64,000 bases of DNA from Bacillota bacterium. GTDB lineage: Bacteria; Bacillota; Ch66; Ch109. The stretch is from positions 224,001-288,000 of the forward strand of contig JBMNLH010000004.1 of the NCBI GenBank assembly GCA_050952625.1, written 5' to 3'. Positions within the stretch are counted from its first letter, which is position 1. Each line of letters starts with the position of its first letter. The notes beneath the pieces are model-generated. The model had not been told where the DNA came from and made no database searches. It worked only from the letters and a program-made list of their open reading frames with translations. Shown in pieces: positions 50,505 to 61,713 of this stretch. The translations under genes and the position numbers were made by a program.

Positions 50505-51971
50505 GTGAAGTTTAAAGATACCCCGCTGATTCAAGCTTTATTGCGTTATCAAGGCGAAAATTATCGGCCTTTGCATATGCCAGGCCATAAACAAGGGAAC
50601 AGTCAACCAGATTGGTTTAAAGAACTACTCGGACCCCAAGTGTTCAAGTTTGATCTTACGGAACTGCCCGGACTGGATGATTTGCATAACCCGGTGGGTG
50701 TGATTAGCGAAGCACAGCAAGCGGCGGCGCGATGTTTCGGGGCAGAAGAAAGTTTTTTCTTGGTTAATGGCTCAACCGTCGGATTACAAGCTATGATAAT
50801 GGCTGCCGCCAGGACAGAGGCGGAGTTGCTGATCCCGCGCCAAGCACACCGGTCGGTTTTGGGGGGATTGATCCTGGCCGGGGTTCGACCGCGCTATTTG
50901 CCAGTCGAAATCGAAAAGGATTTTCAGATTCCGTTAGGAACCCCCAACGGAGCGGTAGAAAAAGTTTTGCGTGAAGTCCAGCAAGTAAATGGCCTGCTGA
51001 TCGTCCATCCTAATTATTACGGAATAACCAGTGACCTGGGTGGTTTAGTAAGGGTGGCCAAGTCCAGCGGGCTGATTTGTCTGGCGGATGAGGCGCACGG
51101 GCCCCACTTTCGGTTTCATGAACAATTGCCGATAACTGCCTTGGAAGCTGGGGTTGATGCCACGACCCAGAGCCTGCATAAAGTGCTGTCATCTTTAACG
51201 CAGACAGCCTTGTTGCATCGGCAGGGCCAGCGATTGCCGGCAGAACGTTTGAAAAAGGCCTTGAACCTCCTTCAATCAACCAGTCCTTCTTATATCTTAA
51301 TGGCTTCTTTGGAGGCGGCCTGTTGGCAAATGGAAAATGAAGGCCGTGAGTTGCTGGAGCGAACCCTGGAACTGGCGGCCGAAGCGCGGCAGCAGATCAA
51401 CCAGATTCAGGGTTTACGCTGCCTTGGCGAGGAAGTTAAAAAGTATCATTCAGTAAGTGAATGGGATCAAACCAAGCTGATTATAAACGTGCATGGGTTA
51501 GGGCTGACCGGTGTCCAGGCCGCGCACATTCTAAGAGAAGATTACGGTATTCAGGTAGAAATGGCTGATTCGGCTAATATCCTGGCCATGGTTACGATTG
51601 GTGACCGGCCGGAGGCGGTCCAGGATTTGGTAAGAGCCTGCCGGGAGCTGGCAGTCCGCTGGTATGGCCAATTAGGCTGGCCTAAACAAACGAAGCCAGC
51701 GTTATATTTAGACACTGACCCGGAAGTGGTGCTAACCCCACGGGAAGCCTTTTTCTGGAGCCAGAGAAGGACCCTTCGTCTCCGCGAAGCAGAGGGAGAG
51801 ATTGCTGGGGAGACAATTTGCCCTTATCCACCGGGTATCCCGTTGCTGGCCCCCGGGGAAAGGATAACTCGGCCAGTAATTGAGACGATCGAGGAATGGC
51901 GGACAATGGGGATAACCTGGCAGGGGCCGACGGACCCGACTCTGACGACTATTCAGGTGTTGGAGGTTTAA
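50505..51971 (+). CDS. Orn/Lys/Arg decarboxylase (YaaO-like)
   Basis: HMPGHK, LVNGST, DEAHG, QSLHK, STSPSY, PYPPGIP. Confidence 0.93.
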   Translation: MKFKDTPLIQALLRYQGENYRPLHMPGHKQGNSQPDWFKELLGPQVFKFDLTELPGLDDLHNPVGVISEAQQAAARCFGAEESFFLVNGSTVGLQAMIMAAARTEAELLIPRQAHRSVLGGLILAGVRPRYLPVEIEKDFQIPLGTPNGAVEKVLREVQQVNGLLIVHPNYYGITSDLGGLVRVAKSSGLICLADEAHGPHFRFHEQLPITALEAGVDATTQSLHKVLSSLTQTALLHRQGQRLPAERLKKALNLLQSTSPSYILMASLEAACWQMENEGRELLERTLELAAEARQQINQIQGLRCLGEEVKKYHSVSEWDQTKLIINVHGLGLTGVQAAHILREDYGIQVEMADSANILAMVTIGDRPEAVQDLVRACRELAVRWYGQLGWPKQTKPALYLDTDPEVVLTPREAFFWSQRRTLRLREAEGEIAGETICPYPPGIPLLAPGERITRPVIETIEEWRTMGITWQGPTDPTLTTIQVLEV

Positions 51972-52005
51972 ACGGGGTCGATAAACAGAATCGAGGTTAG
52001 TTAAT

Positions 52006-52704
52006 TTGGGATCATTGAACAGACATCAGAAGCAAAGCCAACTTCGAGGGTTGTTGATTAGCATCGAAGGAATTGACGGAGCCGGTAAGTCAACTATTGC
52101 TGGCCAGTTAGAACGTAAGTTTATTGCTGAGGGTTATCCGGTGCAACTGGTAAGAGAACCGGGCGGGACAATTATCTCAGAAAGAATTCGTGAGTTGTTG
52201 CTGGATCCCGGAAATCAGCAGATTGCGGCCAAGACCGAGGCTTTACTGTACGCTGCAGCCCGGGCTCAGCTGGTCGCGGAGGTGATTCAGCCAAACCTTG
52301 AGGCTGGCCAGTTGGTGATCTGTGACCGCTATACAGACTCGACCCTGGCTTATCAGGGAGGGGGCCGAGGAATTGACCTGGAGTGGCTGCGGGATCTAAA
52401 CCGTTTAGCCACCGGGGGTGTGCAGCCGGAAGTAACCCTGTTGTTAGACTTGGATCCTCAAATTGGTCGAAATAGGAGATCGACCCGGCAAGGGTCGGGG
52501 AGACCGGGGGAAGACCGTTTGGAAGCCGAGTCAGAGGCTTTTTACCATAGGGTCCGGGAAACCTATCTTCAGGTGGCGAGGGAAGAGCCGCAACGGCTGC
52601 GGGTAGTGGATGCCAGTAAACCTTTGCCTGAGGTCGTTGAAGAGGCTTGGGAGATACTTGCTCAATCTTTGAATAGAAAAACCAATTGCGCTGTGTTAAC
52701 GTAA
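52006..52704 (+). CDS. tmk: Thymidylate kinase
   Basis: EGIDGAGKST, REPGGT, CDRYTDSTLAYQG. Confidence 0.97.
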   Translation: MGSLNRHQKQSQLRGLLISIEGIDGAGKSTIAGQLERKFIAEGYPVQLVREPGGTIISERIRELLLDPGNQQIAAKTEALLYAAARAQLVAEVIQPNLEAGQLVICDRYTDSTLAYQGGGRGIDLEWLRDLNRLATGGVQPEVTLLLDLDPQIGRNRRSTRQGSGRPGEDRLEAESEAFYHRVRETYLQVAREEPQRLRVVDASKPLPEVVEEAWEILAQSLNRKTNCAVLT

Positions 52705-52966
52705 GTCAGCGATTGGCGGTTTACATTATTTTTTCGTTCCCAGTCTAGCTTGCTGACCGGGTTAAAACACGAGCGTCAAAAACTATAAAAACCAAACGCG
52801 CCGTGTTTTAACGTAGGTCAGCGATTAGCGATTTACATCAGGGAACAGAGGCGGCTGAGGAACAGCAGGCATCACTGTTTGAGCCTGAAGGGCGAGTTTG
52901 ATGCCGGCCCGAAGCCGACGAAGTTCGTTCCCAGTCTAGCTTGCTGACCGAGTTAAAACACGAGCG
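52688..52966 (-). repeat. Repeat family C, tandem short and long units
   Basis: Both units end TTCGTTCCCAGTCTAGCTTGCTGACCG.GTTAAAACACGAGCG. Confidence 0.8.
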
Positions 52967-53007
52967 TAACTTAACCGGCCGGAAGAACCGTCCCTAAGGA
53001 GGTAGCT

Positions 53008-53988
53008 ATGCCCTGGGCAGATATTATTGGGCAGCCGATCGCTGTTCGTCAGTTGCAGAACGCGCTTAAGCAAAACCGGGTCGGACATGCCTACCTATTT
53101 TTTGGTCCTCCCGGGGTAGGGAAACGAACTGCCGCCCGGGTTTTGGCTCAGGCCCTGAACTGCCAACAAGGAGTTGCTGGAGACGCTTGCGGAGAATGCC
53201 GCTCTTGCCGAAACATCCTGACCGGCAACCATCCTGACGTGTGGGAAGTGCCTCTGACTGGAGCCCACATCCGGATTAGCCAGACCCGCGAGGTAACTCG
53301 ACAAGCCCAGTTTCCGCCAACAGAGGGTTGTTGGAAGGTGTTTTTAATTCATCATGCGGAAACAATGACCCCAGAAGCAGCCAACAACCTCTTAAAAACG
53401 CTGGAAGAGCCGCCGGGACAGACTCTCTTTGTTTTGACGACACCATCCGTCTTCAACTTATTACCGACAATTCAATCACGTTGTCAGCAGGTTAGATTTC
53501 AACCCTTGGCGGTCCGAGATATTGCGGAGTATTTAGTCCGGCAAAATTTGGCCCAACCGGCACAGGCGGGACTGATTGCCAACTTGGCTGAGGGCAGTTT
53601 ATCAACTGCTCAAGAATTGTTAACCATGGAGAGAGGGGCGGTTAGAGAAGAGGTTATTGACTTGCTGACCAAACTCAAAACTGCCGCCGGTCCGCAAGTT
53701 TTATTTCTGACCGAGGGTTGGACAGAAGGACCTCGGCTTAAGATATTATTATCATGGTTAGCCCTTTGGTTTCGCGACTTCCTGGTTTGGCAGAATACTG
53801 GTGATGTCAAATTGTTAATCAACCAGGACCGCCTGGAGCTGATTAAGGAACAGACTCAAATATGGCCGCGGCCGGAGCGGTTTTTACGCATAATTCAGGA
53901 AGCTAAACGTAAAATGGAACGAAATGCGAATAACCAGCTACTCCTGGAGGTACTGTTATTAGAGCTTACTTCAATGAGGGGGACATAG
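53008..53988 (+). CDS. holB: DNA polymerase III delta prime
   Basis: HAYLFFGPPGVGK, NHPD, ANNLLKTLEEPP, TIQSRCQ. Confidence 0.95.
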   Translation: MPWADIIGQPIAVRQLQNALKQNRVGHAYLFFGPPGVGKRTAARVLAQALNCQQGVAGDACGECRSCRNILTGNHPDVWEVPLTGAHIRISQTREVTRQAQFPPTEGCWKVFLIHHAETMTPEAANNLLKTLEEPPGQTLFVLTTPSVFNLLPTIQSRCQQVRFQPLAVRDIAEYLVRQNLAQPAQAGLIANLAEGSLSTAQELLTMERGAVREEVIDLLTKLKTAAGPQVLFLTEGWTEGPRLKILLSWLALWFRDFLVWQNTGDVKLLINQDRLELIKEQTQIWPRPERFLRIIQEAKRKMERNANNQLLLEVLLLELTSMRGT

Positions 53989-53989
53989 A

Positions 53990-55642
53990 GTGGCAATCGT
54001 AGTAGGGGTCCGTTTTAAACGGGCTGGTAAGATATATTACTTTGACCCGGGAGGATTTGCCTTAAAAGTAGCGGATAGAGTAATTGTGGAAACCGCTCGG
54101 GGGGTAGAATTTGGCGAAGTGGTTATTGCTCCTCGCGATGTCGCAGAGGACGACCTTGTATTACCGTTGAAAACCGTTATACGATTAGGGACCGAGGAGG
54201 ATATTAAACGGGTAGAGGATAATCTGGTTAAACAAAAAGAGGCTTTTGAGATCTGTAGCCAGAAGATTCGGGAACACGGACTGCCGATGAAATTAATTGA
54301 CGTCGAGTATACCTTTGATAACAGTAAGATCATTTTCTATTTTACCGCAGAGGGTCGGGTCGATTTCCGGGAACTGGTCAAGAATTTAGCGGCTATTTTT
54401 CGGACGAGAATCGAACTGCGGCAGATCGGGGTGCGCGATGAAGCGAAAATGGTCGGCGGTATCGGCAGCTGCGGTCGGGTGCTGTGCTGTCATTCCTTTT
54501 TGGGGGATTTTGAACCCGTATCGATTCGCATGGCCAAGGATCAAAATTTATCCCTTAACCCCACGAAGATCTCCGGCATTTGTGGGAGGCTGATGTGCTG
54601 TCTTAAATATGAAACGGATACCTATGAGAATCAAAAAGAAATGCTGGATAGCCAGTCCGAAGCTGATAATCTTTGTGAAGACTGCTGCTGCCAATTAAAT
54701 AATGGTGAAAATATAGTTGTGCTAGCCAATCAGGCTGAAGATAATATCTTAAATTCTGAGGGACACTGGCTGGCTGCCCCTGAGCCAGCGATTAACGACA
54801 ATAACCGGACCAATAGCCAGGCCGAAACGGATAACGATGAAAATCAACCAACAGAACTCGCAAATCAAGCCAATCAACAAGAATCCAGCCGAGAAAAAGA
54901 CCGGGACACAATTAATCAGCCGGATACCCTGAATCAGACCGAGAGGGAAAGTTGCCCCGCAGCAGAGAATAAACCTCAGGAGACGGAAGGAGCATTGACC
55001 GGCCAAAATCGGCGGGATAATCGACCAAGGGGTAATGGCGGCTATGCCAAAGAAGGTTTTTCGCACCGGCTGAGCCTTGGCCGAAACAAAGAAAACGAAG
55101 CAAATCCCAATAAAGGAGTAATTGAGCAGAAGCGTCGGTCTAACGGACGGTCTCAGCTTGAGGCCCAGCACAAGGAGAATGGCTCATCTCCAGCCAATGG
55201 CCAGGCTAAGGGGAATGGTCGGTATCGGGGAAATGGGCAGCCCCACCGGCATGAGCCAGCCCGAAGTAATGGTCAGCGCAAAGCAAATGGCAACCCCAGA
55301 GCAGTTTCAGCCACTGAGGCAGTGACTGTTCTGCCCGGCCCAGCGGCAACAGCCGAGAGCCGGCCTAATATCAAGAAAAATTCGGTCAATAACCGCGGTC
55401 ACCATCAAAATGCCGGCAAACCAACTTTTATCGGCCGGCGGGGAGATTCTCGAAACAGGCCGGGTCAACCCAAAAAGGCTCCGGAGGCTAGTGGTAACGA
55501 CAGCCCGGAACCAGCCAAAGTGGCTCAGGCCGCTTCGAATAAAGCCAGAAACACAAATTCTCAGCCAGCGGGAGGTCGAAGTCTTGCGCATATCCCGGGT
55601 GATCATAGAGATAGAGGACAAGCTGGCCGATCTGAGGGATGA
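53990..55642 (+). CDS. ricT: RicT/YaaT (PSP1) with a long low-complexity C-terminal extension
   Basis: [40 protein letters not shown]. Confidence 0.93.
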   Translation: MAIVVGVRFKRAGKIYYFDPGGFALKVADRVIVETARGVEFGEVVIAPRDVAEDDLVLPLKTVIRLGTEEDIKRVEDNLVKQKEAFEICSQKIREHGLPMKLIDVEYTFDNSKIIFYFTAEGRVDFRELVKNLAAIFRTRIELRQIGVRDEAKMVGGIGSCGRVLCCHSFLGDFEPVSIRMAKDQNLSLNPTKISGICGRLMCCLKYETDTYENQKEMLDSQSEADNLCEDCCCQLNNGENIVVLANQAEDNILNSEGHWLAAPEPAINDNNRTNSQAETDNDENQPTELANQANQQESSREKDRDTINQPDTLNQTERESCPAAENKPQETEGALTGQNRRDNRPRGNGGYAKEGFSHRLSLGRNKENEANPNKGVIEQKRRSNGRSQLEAQHKENGSSPANGQAKGNGRYRGNGQPHRHEPARSNGQRKANGNPRAVSATEAVTVLPGPAATAESRPNIKKNSVNNRGHHQNAGKPTFIGRRGDSRNRPGQPKKAPEASGNDSPEPAKVAQAASNKARNTNSQPAGGRSLAHIPGDHRDRGQAGRSEG

Positions 55643-55904
55643 GTTGGAAATGGTGAAGGACCTGGTCCGTTCTCTGGAAGAAGAAAACCAAAAACTGCGG
55701 CGGGAGCTTTATGCAGGTTCTTCTCAGGCATTACCAGAACCCGCAGCCCAGACAATAAGCAGCCCTGGGGGAGTTCATCAGAACCTGCAGCGACTTTACC
55801 AGGAAGGTTTCCACATTTGTCCTTACAGCTTTGGCCGGGGACGGACGGAAAATTGTCTTTTTTGTCTTGGATTCTTGAGGTCTGGCCAAAATGAACCCGA
55901 ATAA
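55584..55904 (+). CDS. yabA: Replication initiation control protein YabA
   Basis: [26 protein letters not shown]; RBS GGAGG before TTG 55584. Confidence 0.9.
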   Translation: MRISRVIIEIEDKLADLRDELEMVKDLVRSLEEENQKLRRELYAGSSQALPEPAAQTISSPGGVHQNLQRLYQEGFHICPYSFGRGRTENCLFCLGFLRSGQNEPE

Positions 55905-56718
55905 AAAGTTGGGTAATCAGCGACTGGAAATCGGTATTCGATTAAAACCGGAAGAGTACCTGGTCGATTTAATCCGAGGTGGCCTTAAATTGATCGAGAG
56001 CCGGTCCGGATACCACTTCACGATGGACGCGGTTTTGCTGGCTCATTTCGTGACGGTTAAATCGGGCGATAGAGTAGCTGATTTAGGATCTGGCAGTGGG
56101 ATTATCCCTCTCTTGCTCAATACCCGGCTACCCGATTTAAGTATTTGGGGGATCGAAATCCAAGAGAATTTGCTTGACCGGGCCCGACGCAGTGTTGCCA
56201 TCAATGGTTTACAGCAGCAGATCGACCTCCAACACGGCGACTTACGGGAAATACCAGCCAAAATACCTGCTGCGGATTTCGAGGTCGTAGTGAGTAATCC
56301 TCCCTACCGGCCGCTTAGACGAGGCCGATCAAGTCCCTGTCAGGAGGTGGCTTGGGCGCGAGAGGAAGTCAGCAGTACTCTTGGTGAGGTAATCAACTCC
56401 GGCTACTGGCTTTTAAGGACCGGCGGCCGGCTAGCCTTGGTTCACCTCTGGGAACGCCGGCAGGAGGTGGTAGACCTTTTACTAAGGTACGGTATGCGGC
56501 CGGTTCGCTATCGAGAGGTTCGGCATAATCAACAGCTTGCTCCCAGCCGATTTTTGGTGGAGGCCATTAAAATGAGAACTGCTTCGATGGTCGATTTTCC
56601 TGGAGCCGGGGAGTTGGACCCAGAGCGAGCGATCGAGTTGGCGAGGATGGAGCCGCTGGTGATTTACGAGATGACCGGAGAATTTACTTCAGAAGTAAAG
56701 GCGATGTATTATGGCTAG
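55891..56718 (+). CDS. tRNA1(Val) A37 N6-methyltransferase (YabB/TrmN6-like)
   Basis: [20 protein letters not shown]. Confidence 0.9.
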   Translation: MNPNKKLGNQRLEIGIRLKPEEYLVDLIRGGLKLIESRSGYHFTMDAVLLAHFVTVKSGDRVADLGSGSGIIPLLLNTRLPDLSIWGIEIQENLLDRARRSVAINGLQQQIDLQHGDLREIPAKIPAADFEVVVSNPPYRPLRRGRSSPCQEVAWAREEVSSTLGEVINSGYWLLRTGGRLALVHLWERRQEVVDLLLRYGMRPVRYREVRHNQQLAPSRFLVEAIKMRTASMVDFPGAGELDPERAIELARMEPLVIYEMTGEFTSEVKAMYYG

Positions 56719-57746
56719 ATACAAATTATCCTGCCGGCGCCGGGTAAATAAAGAGCGGCATGATCACCCAGAATCACCAAACCAATTGAATTGGGATATG
56801 GATATAGCTGAATCTAGGCTGAAAAACGATCAAACTGTTTTAGCCGGGCAGACGGGTACCCTGTATCTCTGCGCCACCCCCATTGGCAACCTGGAGGATA
56901 TTACCCTGCGGGTCTTAAGGGTCTTAAAAGAAGTTGATCTGGTGGCGGCAGAGGATACCCGGCGAACTCAGGGGCCTGTTAAATCATTATGGGATAAACA
57001 AACCCTTGACCAGTTATTATCTACATAATCAAAAACAGAAGGGGCTGTATTTGGTTAATCGTTTGCGAGAGGGAAAGAATGTCGCTTTGATCTCTGATGC
57101 CGGTACCCCGGGCATCTCCGACCCCGGCGAAGAACTTGTTCAGCAAGCTTTAGCCGCCGGCATTCCAGTGGTGGCCCTACCGGGTCCGTCCGTGGTGCTT
57201 ACCGCGCTCAGTATCTCGGGCTTGGCCACCCGACGTTTCTGTTTCGAGGGGTTTTTGCCCCGTTCGCGCCGGCAGCGGCGCCAACGAATTCAGGAACTAG
57301 CTGAGGACTCTCGGACGATTATTCTTTTCGAGGCCCCGCATCGTCTGATTGAGACGCTGACTTGGTTGCTGGAAATCTGGGGACCAAGAAAAGCCGCGGT
57401 GGCCCGGGAGGTTAGCAAGCTTTTCGAGGAGGTTATCCGCGGTACCCTGGCGGAAATCCTTAGCCATTTTAAAAGTAATCCGCCACGGGGAGAGATGACA
57501 TTAGTAATTGAAGGTTATGTTGATCAAACCGCAATGTCGGCGGAGCCTGCTAAACCGTTGCCGGAGAGGATTCCACCGGTTTCTGCACCCCCAACTGAGA
57601 TGATGGCGACTCTAATGCAAGAAATTGGTATCCGTGCCGAGGCCGGGGAAAATCCCAAGGAGGTTATCCGGGAGATCGCCCGTAATAGAAAACTGAATCG
57701 GCGCGACTTATATCAGACCTGGCTAAGTTATCAGCAGTTGGATTAG
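56711..57746 (+). CDS. rsmI: 16S rRNA C1402 2'-O-methyltransferase (frameshift near 56973; start uncertain)
   Basis: [15 protein letters not shown]...AAEDTR in one frame; [22 protein letters not shown] in the next. Confidence 0.93.
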
Positions 57747-57818
57747 AAAGGCTGTAGATTAGAACCGGTATTCGGCATGTCAAAAAACAGGCACTACCTA
57801 TAAGCGGTTTTTCGAGGA

Positions 57819-57926
57819 GAATCAAAAGCCCCCACTTCTATAAGCGGGGGTTACCTTGTTGAAACTTCAGGTGGAGTAGAGTCTCCATCTGAAGCCTCGA
57901 TGTTCAGCGAAGCTGAACGAGTTCAC
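57819..57926 (+). repeat. Repeat family A copy
   Basis: Near-identical to 1022-1132. Confidence 0.8.
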
Positions 57927-57979
57927 TAACCGTTATACATCAAGAAAGCAATAAGAAAGCAATCATCTATGGGAATTAT

Positions 57980-58070
57980 GGAAATAGCGGGATATATGTC
58001 ACCTTGAGCGATAGCGAAGGATCTTACTCCTCAGCGGGGGAAGGATTCTTCGCTTCGCTCAGAATGACAC
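57980..58070 (+). repeat. Repeat family B core
   Basis: GTCACCTTGAGCGATAGCGAAGGATCT...GATTCTTCGCTTCGCTCAGAATGAC. Confidence 0.75.
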
Positions 58071-58195
58071 CATATTAAATTAAAACTATTGTCTTATTTA
58101 CCGCCCATGCCCATTAAGCGCAACCACGGATGAAAATAACACAAACGATAAGAAGCGTATTAGTTACTTGATTAGTATTAATGCAGCCCTTTGAC

Positions 58196-58444
58196 CTAAA
58201 CCGCTTGCTGGCTCATTTCCTGGGCGCATTGCCGACAGACGTTTTTTCCCCGAAAATGTCCAACATCATCGGCGTTGCCACAAAAAACGCAGGCCGGTTC
58301 GTATTTTTTAAGGATGATTTTTTCATTATCAACGTAGATCTCTAAAGCGTCTTTTTCTTCAATACCTAAGGTTCGTCTGAGTTCGATCGGAATGACTATT
58401 CTCCCTAGTTCGTCAACCTTCCGCACAATACCGGTAGATTTCAT
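58196..58444 (-). CDS. abrB: Transition-state regulator AbrB
   Basis: MKSTGIVRKVDELGRIVIPIELRRTL. Confidence 0.97.
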   Translation of the reverse strand: MKSTGIVRKVDELGRIVIPIELRRTLGIEEKDALEIYVDNEKIILKKYEPACVFCGNADDVGHFRGKNVCRQCAQEMSQQAV

Positions 58445-58600
58445 TCTTCCCGTTTCCTCCTTTTGAATGCTGGCTCAATTTTGTAAATGGCCTAATAAAT
58501 GCCTCTGTGTAAATGGTACCAATGGTTCCAGAAATAGTCAAGATATTTTTCTACAGATTACGACAGAAAACTGGAAGTATTTTTCACAATGTCCTATTTA

Positions 58601-58719
58601 GCTGAATCAAAAGACTCTCGCTTCTATCAGTGGGAGTTACCTTGTTGATACTTCTAGTGGAGTAGAGTCTCCATCCAAAGCCTCGATGTTCAGGAAACTG
58701 GACAGTTCACTGAGTTCAC
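58601..58719 (+). repeat. Repeat family A copy with duplicated AGTTCACT end
   Basis: Homologous to 1022-1132. Confidence 0.75.
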
Positions 58720-58789
58720 TCGATGGGTACTTGCATTTAACGCGAATGATGTGTAAACTATAACAATCAATAGAAAAAATGGATAGTGC

Positions 58790-59080
58790 ATCAGCGATGA
58801 AAGAAAGGTAGGCCAGTTAGTACCGGTCCAGAGAACGGGGGCAGGTGGAAACCCGTCCGGTAGGTGGCTGAATATGGCTCTGGAGCTGCTTGGCTGAAGA
58901 CGTGATCAATCGGATAATTATCTTTGATGCGGGAAGTAGGCCAAGCCGGTGGGCGGACCGTTATTCCGCTGCAGTCAAGGCAGACTGATAGAGGTTTTGA
59001 CCGTGAGGTTAAGACAAAACAGGGTGGTACCGCGAGAGACTTCTCGCCCCTGCCAAGGGGTAAGAGGTCTTTTTATTTTG
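58790..59080 (+). promoter_or_regulatory. T-box riboswitch (Met)
   Basis: GCGATGAAAG, AGAGA, GGTGGAA stem I motifs; specifier GAATATGG; T-box AACAGGGTGGTACCGCG; terminator. Confidence 0.92.
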
Positions 59081-59256
59081 GATTAGCAAGGAGTGAGAGG
59101 TAAGGAGTGAGGTGTGAGGCGTGAAGCGTGAGGCGTAAGACGTGCGGTGTTTTATGACGTATATACACACCGATTGATAAGACAATAGTAGGGCGATGTT
59201 ATCTCTATGGTGACCCATAAAAAGGAGATAGGCTTTAAATATAAGGAGGACTGATT

Positions 59257-61278
59257 ATGCCGAAAGACAAAGGAACGTTTTACATTACAACTCCGATTTA
59301 CTATCCAAGCGATTCGCTGCATATCGGGCATGCTTATACAACCGTGGCGGCGGATGCGCTGGCCCGGTATAAGCGGATGAAAGGGTATGATGTCTTTTTC
59401 TTGACCGGTTCGGATGAACACGGGCAAAAAATTGAGCGCAAAGCTCAGGCGGCCGGGGTTGATCCTCAAAGCTACGTTGACCAGATTGTCGCTGGCTTCA
59501 AAAATCTTTGGGAGAAAATGAATATTTCACATAACGATTTTATTCGAACTACCGAGCCCAGGCACAAGCAAGTGGTGCAAGAGATATTTCAAAAAATTTA
59601 TGACCAGGGGGATATCTACAAGGCTGAGTATGAAGGGTGGTACTGTACCCCTTGTGAGACCTTCTGGACCGAACGCCAGGCAGAAGGGCAGGTCTGCCCG
59701 GATTGTGGCCGGCCGGTAGAATTGTTAAAAGAAGAAAGCTACTTTTTCCGGATGTCAAAATATCAGGATCAACTGCTGGATTATATTGAAAAACATCCGG
59801 AGTTTATTCAGCCGGTTTCCCGGCGGAATGAGATGGTTAATTTCATCAAGCAGGGATTGGAAGACCTCTGTGTTTCCCGGACTACTTTCCAGTGGGGTAT
59901 CCCAGTCACTTTTGCTCCCGGCCACGTCGTGTATGTCTGGTTTGATGCCTTAACCAATTATTTAACGGCGATTGGCTATAACTCTGATCCGGCGATGTTT
60001 AATAAATACTGGCCGGCTGATGTTCATCTGGTGGGTAAGGATATTGTGCGTTTTCATACGGTTATCTGGCCCATCATTTTAATGGCTGCCGGGCTCCCGT
60101 TGCCGGAAAAAGTCTTCGGGCATGGTTGGCTCCTCCTGGAAGGGGGCAAAATGTCCAAGTCCAAGGGCAACGTCATTGATCCGCTGGTGTTGATTGATAA
60201 ATACGGTTTAGATGCGATTCGTTACTACCTGCTCCGCGAGCTTCCGGCCGGCTTGGACGGTTACTACTCGGAAGAAGCCCTGGTGCTAAGAATTAACACT
60301 GATTTGGCGAATGACTTGGGTAATCTGGTGAGCCGGACCCTGGCCATGATTGAACGGTACTGTGCCGGGCAGATTCCAGAACCGGGTGAACTAATACCCG
60401 TAGATCAGGAAGTAGTTAAACTGGCGGAAACCGTGGTGCAGGAAACGGAGAAATTCTTAGATGAAGTAGAACTGGCCAGTGCTTTAGCAACTATCTGGAA
60501 ACTGGTCGGTCGCTGCAATAAATATATTGATGAAATGGCCCCTTGGGCTTTGGCCCGGGATGCGGCCAATCGAAGCCGGCTGAATACGGTCCTGTACGTG
60601 ATGGCGGAGAGTTTGCGGCAGGTCACGATCCTCTGTACTCCCTTTATGCCTCAGCTGCCAGACCGAGTCTGGGTTCAACTGGGGATCGAAGGTCAAGGAG
60701 AAATCCAGACTTGGGATAGCCTGCACTGGGGCCGGCTCCAACCCGGAACTCAGGTCAAGAGAGGGGCAGCTCTGTTCCCGCGGATTGAGTTTAAGGATGA
60801 GGCCGGGGACGGTTCCGCTTTAGCCGCTGAAAAAGCGGTCAAAAAAGGGAAGAAGGGCGACACCAGTCAAGCCGTTAGAGAGGAGCTGCCGAAAGTGGAC
60901 AATAAGCCGGAAAAACAAGAGCCGGTGGCGTCAACCGAAAAAGAGGAAGCTAAGCCGCGGATAAAGTATGACGACTTTGCTAAACTTGATCTGCGGGTAG
61001 CTCGGGTAATTGAAGCGAAAAAGGTGGAAAAGGCGGATAAACTCCTGCAGCTGAGAGTAGATCTCGGACAGGAGCAGCGGACCATTGTCGCCGGAGTGGC
61101 CCAGCATTACGCGCCTGAGGAATTGCTGGGGAAAAAGGTCGTCTTACTGGCTAACCTCGAACCATCCAAGATCCGGGGCATTGTCTCCGAAGGAATGCTG
61201 CTGGCCGCCTCTGATGAACAGGGTCTGGAAGTGCTGACCCTGACTAAGGAAGTGGGCCTGGGAGCCAAGGTTAAATAA
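59257..61278 (+). CDS. metG: Methionyl-tRNA synthetase
   Basis: HIGH, KMSKS, C-terminal tRNA-binding domain. Confidence 0.98.
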   Translation: MPKDKGTFYITTPIYYPSDSLHIGHAYTTVAADALARYKRMKGYDVFFLTGSDEHGQKIERKAQAAGVDPQSYVDQIVAGFKNLWEKMNISHNDFIRTTEPRHKQVVQEIFQKIYDQGDIYKAEYEGWYCTPCETFWTERQAEGQVCPDCGRPVELLKEESYFFRMSKYQDQLLDYIEKHPEFIQPVSRRNEMVNFIKQGLEDLCVSRTTFQWGIPVTFAPGHVVYVWFDALTNYLTAIGYNSDPAMFNKYWPADVHLVGKDIVRFHTVIWPIILMAAGLPLPEKVFGHGWLLLEGGKMSKSKGNVIDPLVLIDKYGLDAIRYYLLRELPAGLDGYYSEEALVLRINTDLANDLGNLVSRTLAMIERYCAGQIPEPGELIPVDQEVVKLAETVVQETEKFLDEVELASALATIWKLVGRCNKYIDEMAPWALARDAANRSRLNTVLYVMAESLRQVTILCTPFMPQLPDRVWVQLGIEGQGEIQTWDSLHWGRLQPGTQVKRGAALFPRIEFKDEAGDGSALAAEKAVKKGKKGDTSQAVREELPKVDNKPEKQEPVASTEKEEAKPRIKYDDFAKLDLRVARVIEAKKVEKADKLLQLRVDLGQEQRTIVAGVAQHYAPEELLGKKVVLLANLEPSKIRGIVSEGMLLAASDEQGLEVLTLTKEVGLGAKVK

Positions 61279-61713
61279 GATCTCCCGTGCTTTGGCAGTC
61301 CGGGCAGATGCAGAATGTCTTTTTGGCCGCCCATATCAATGCCTAACAAAATGGTAAAATACGCAACAATGGTTAAGTACGACAACAGTCATAACTACCC
61401 AAGCCGTTACTCGATATTTAATAGGATCAGGAACGAATTGTTATTATTGCCGTGTTGGTCATGACCAGAACGGTATTATCCCGTCCAGGTCATCACAGTC
61501 TGGGTAAATGCTCAGGGCATTGATAATAACTAGAATGGCATTATCAGTAGTGACCAGAATGGTTATTAAAAATAAAAGGCAAATAAAGCCTCGGTTGGTT
61601 AACCGGGGCTATCTTAGTTATAAGTTATAAGTTATAGGAACCACATGTTGTAAAACAAATACTGCTCATATACAATTGAATTAATTTTGAGTCATTTAAA
61701 GGAGTACGATACC

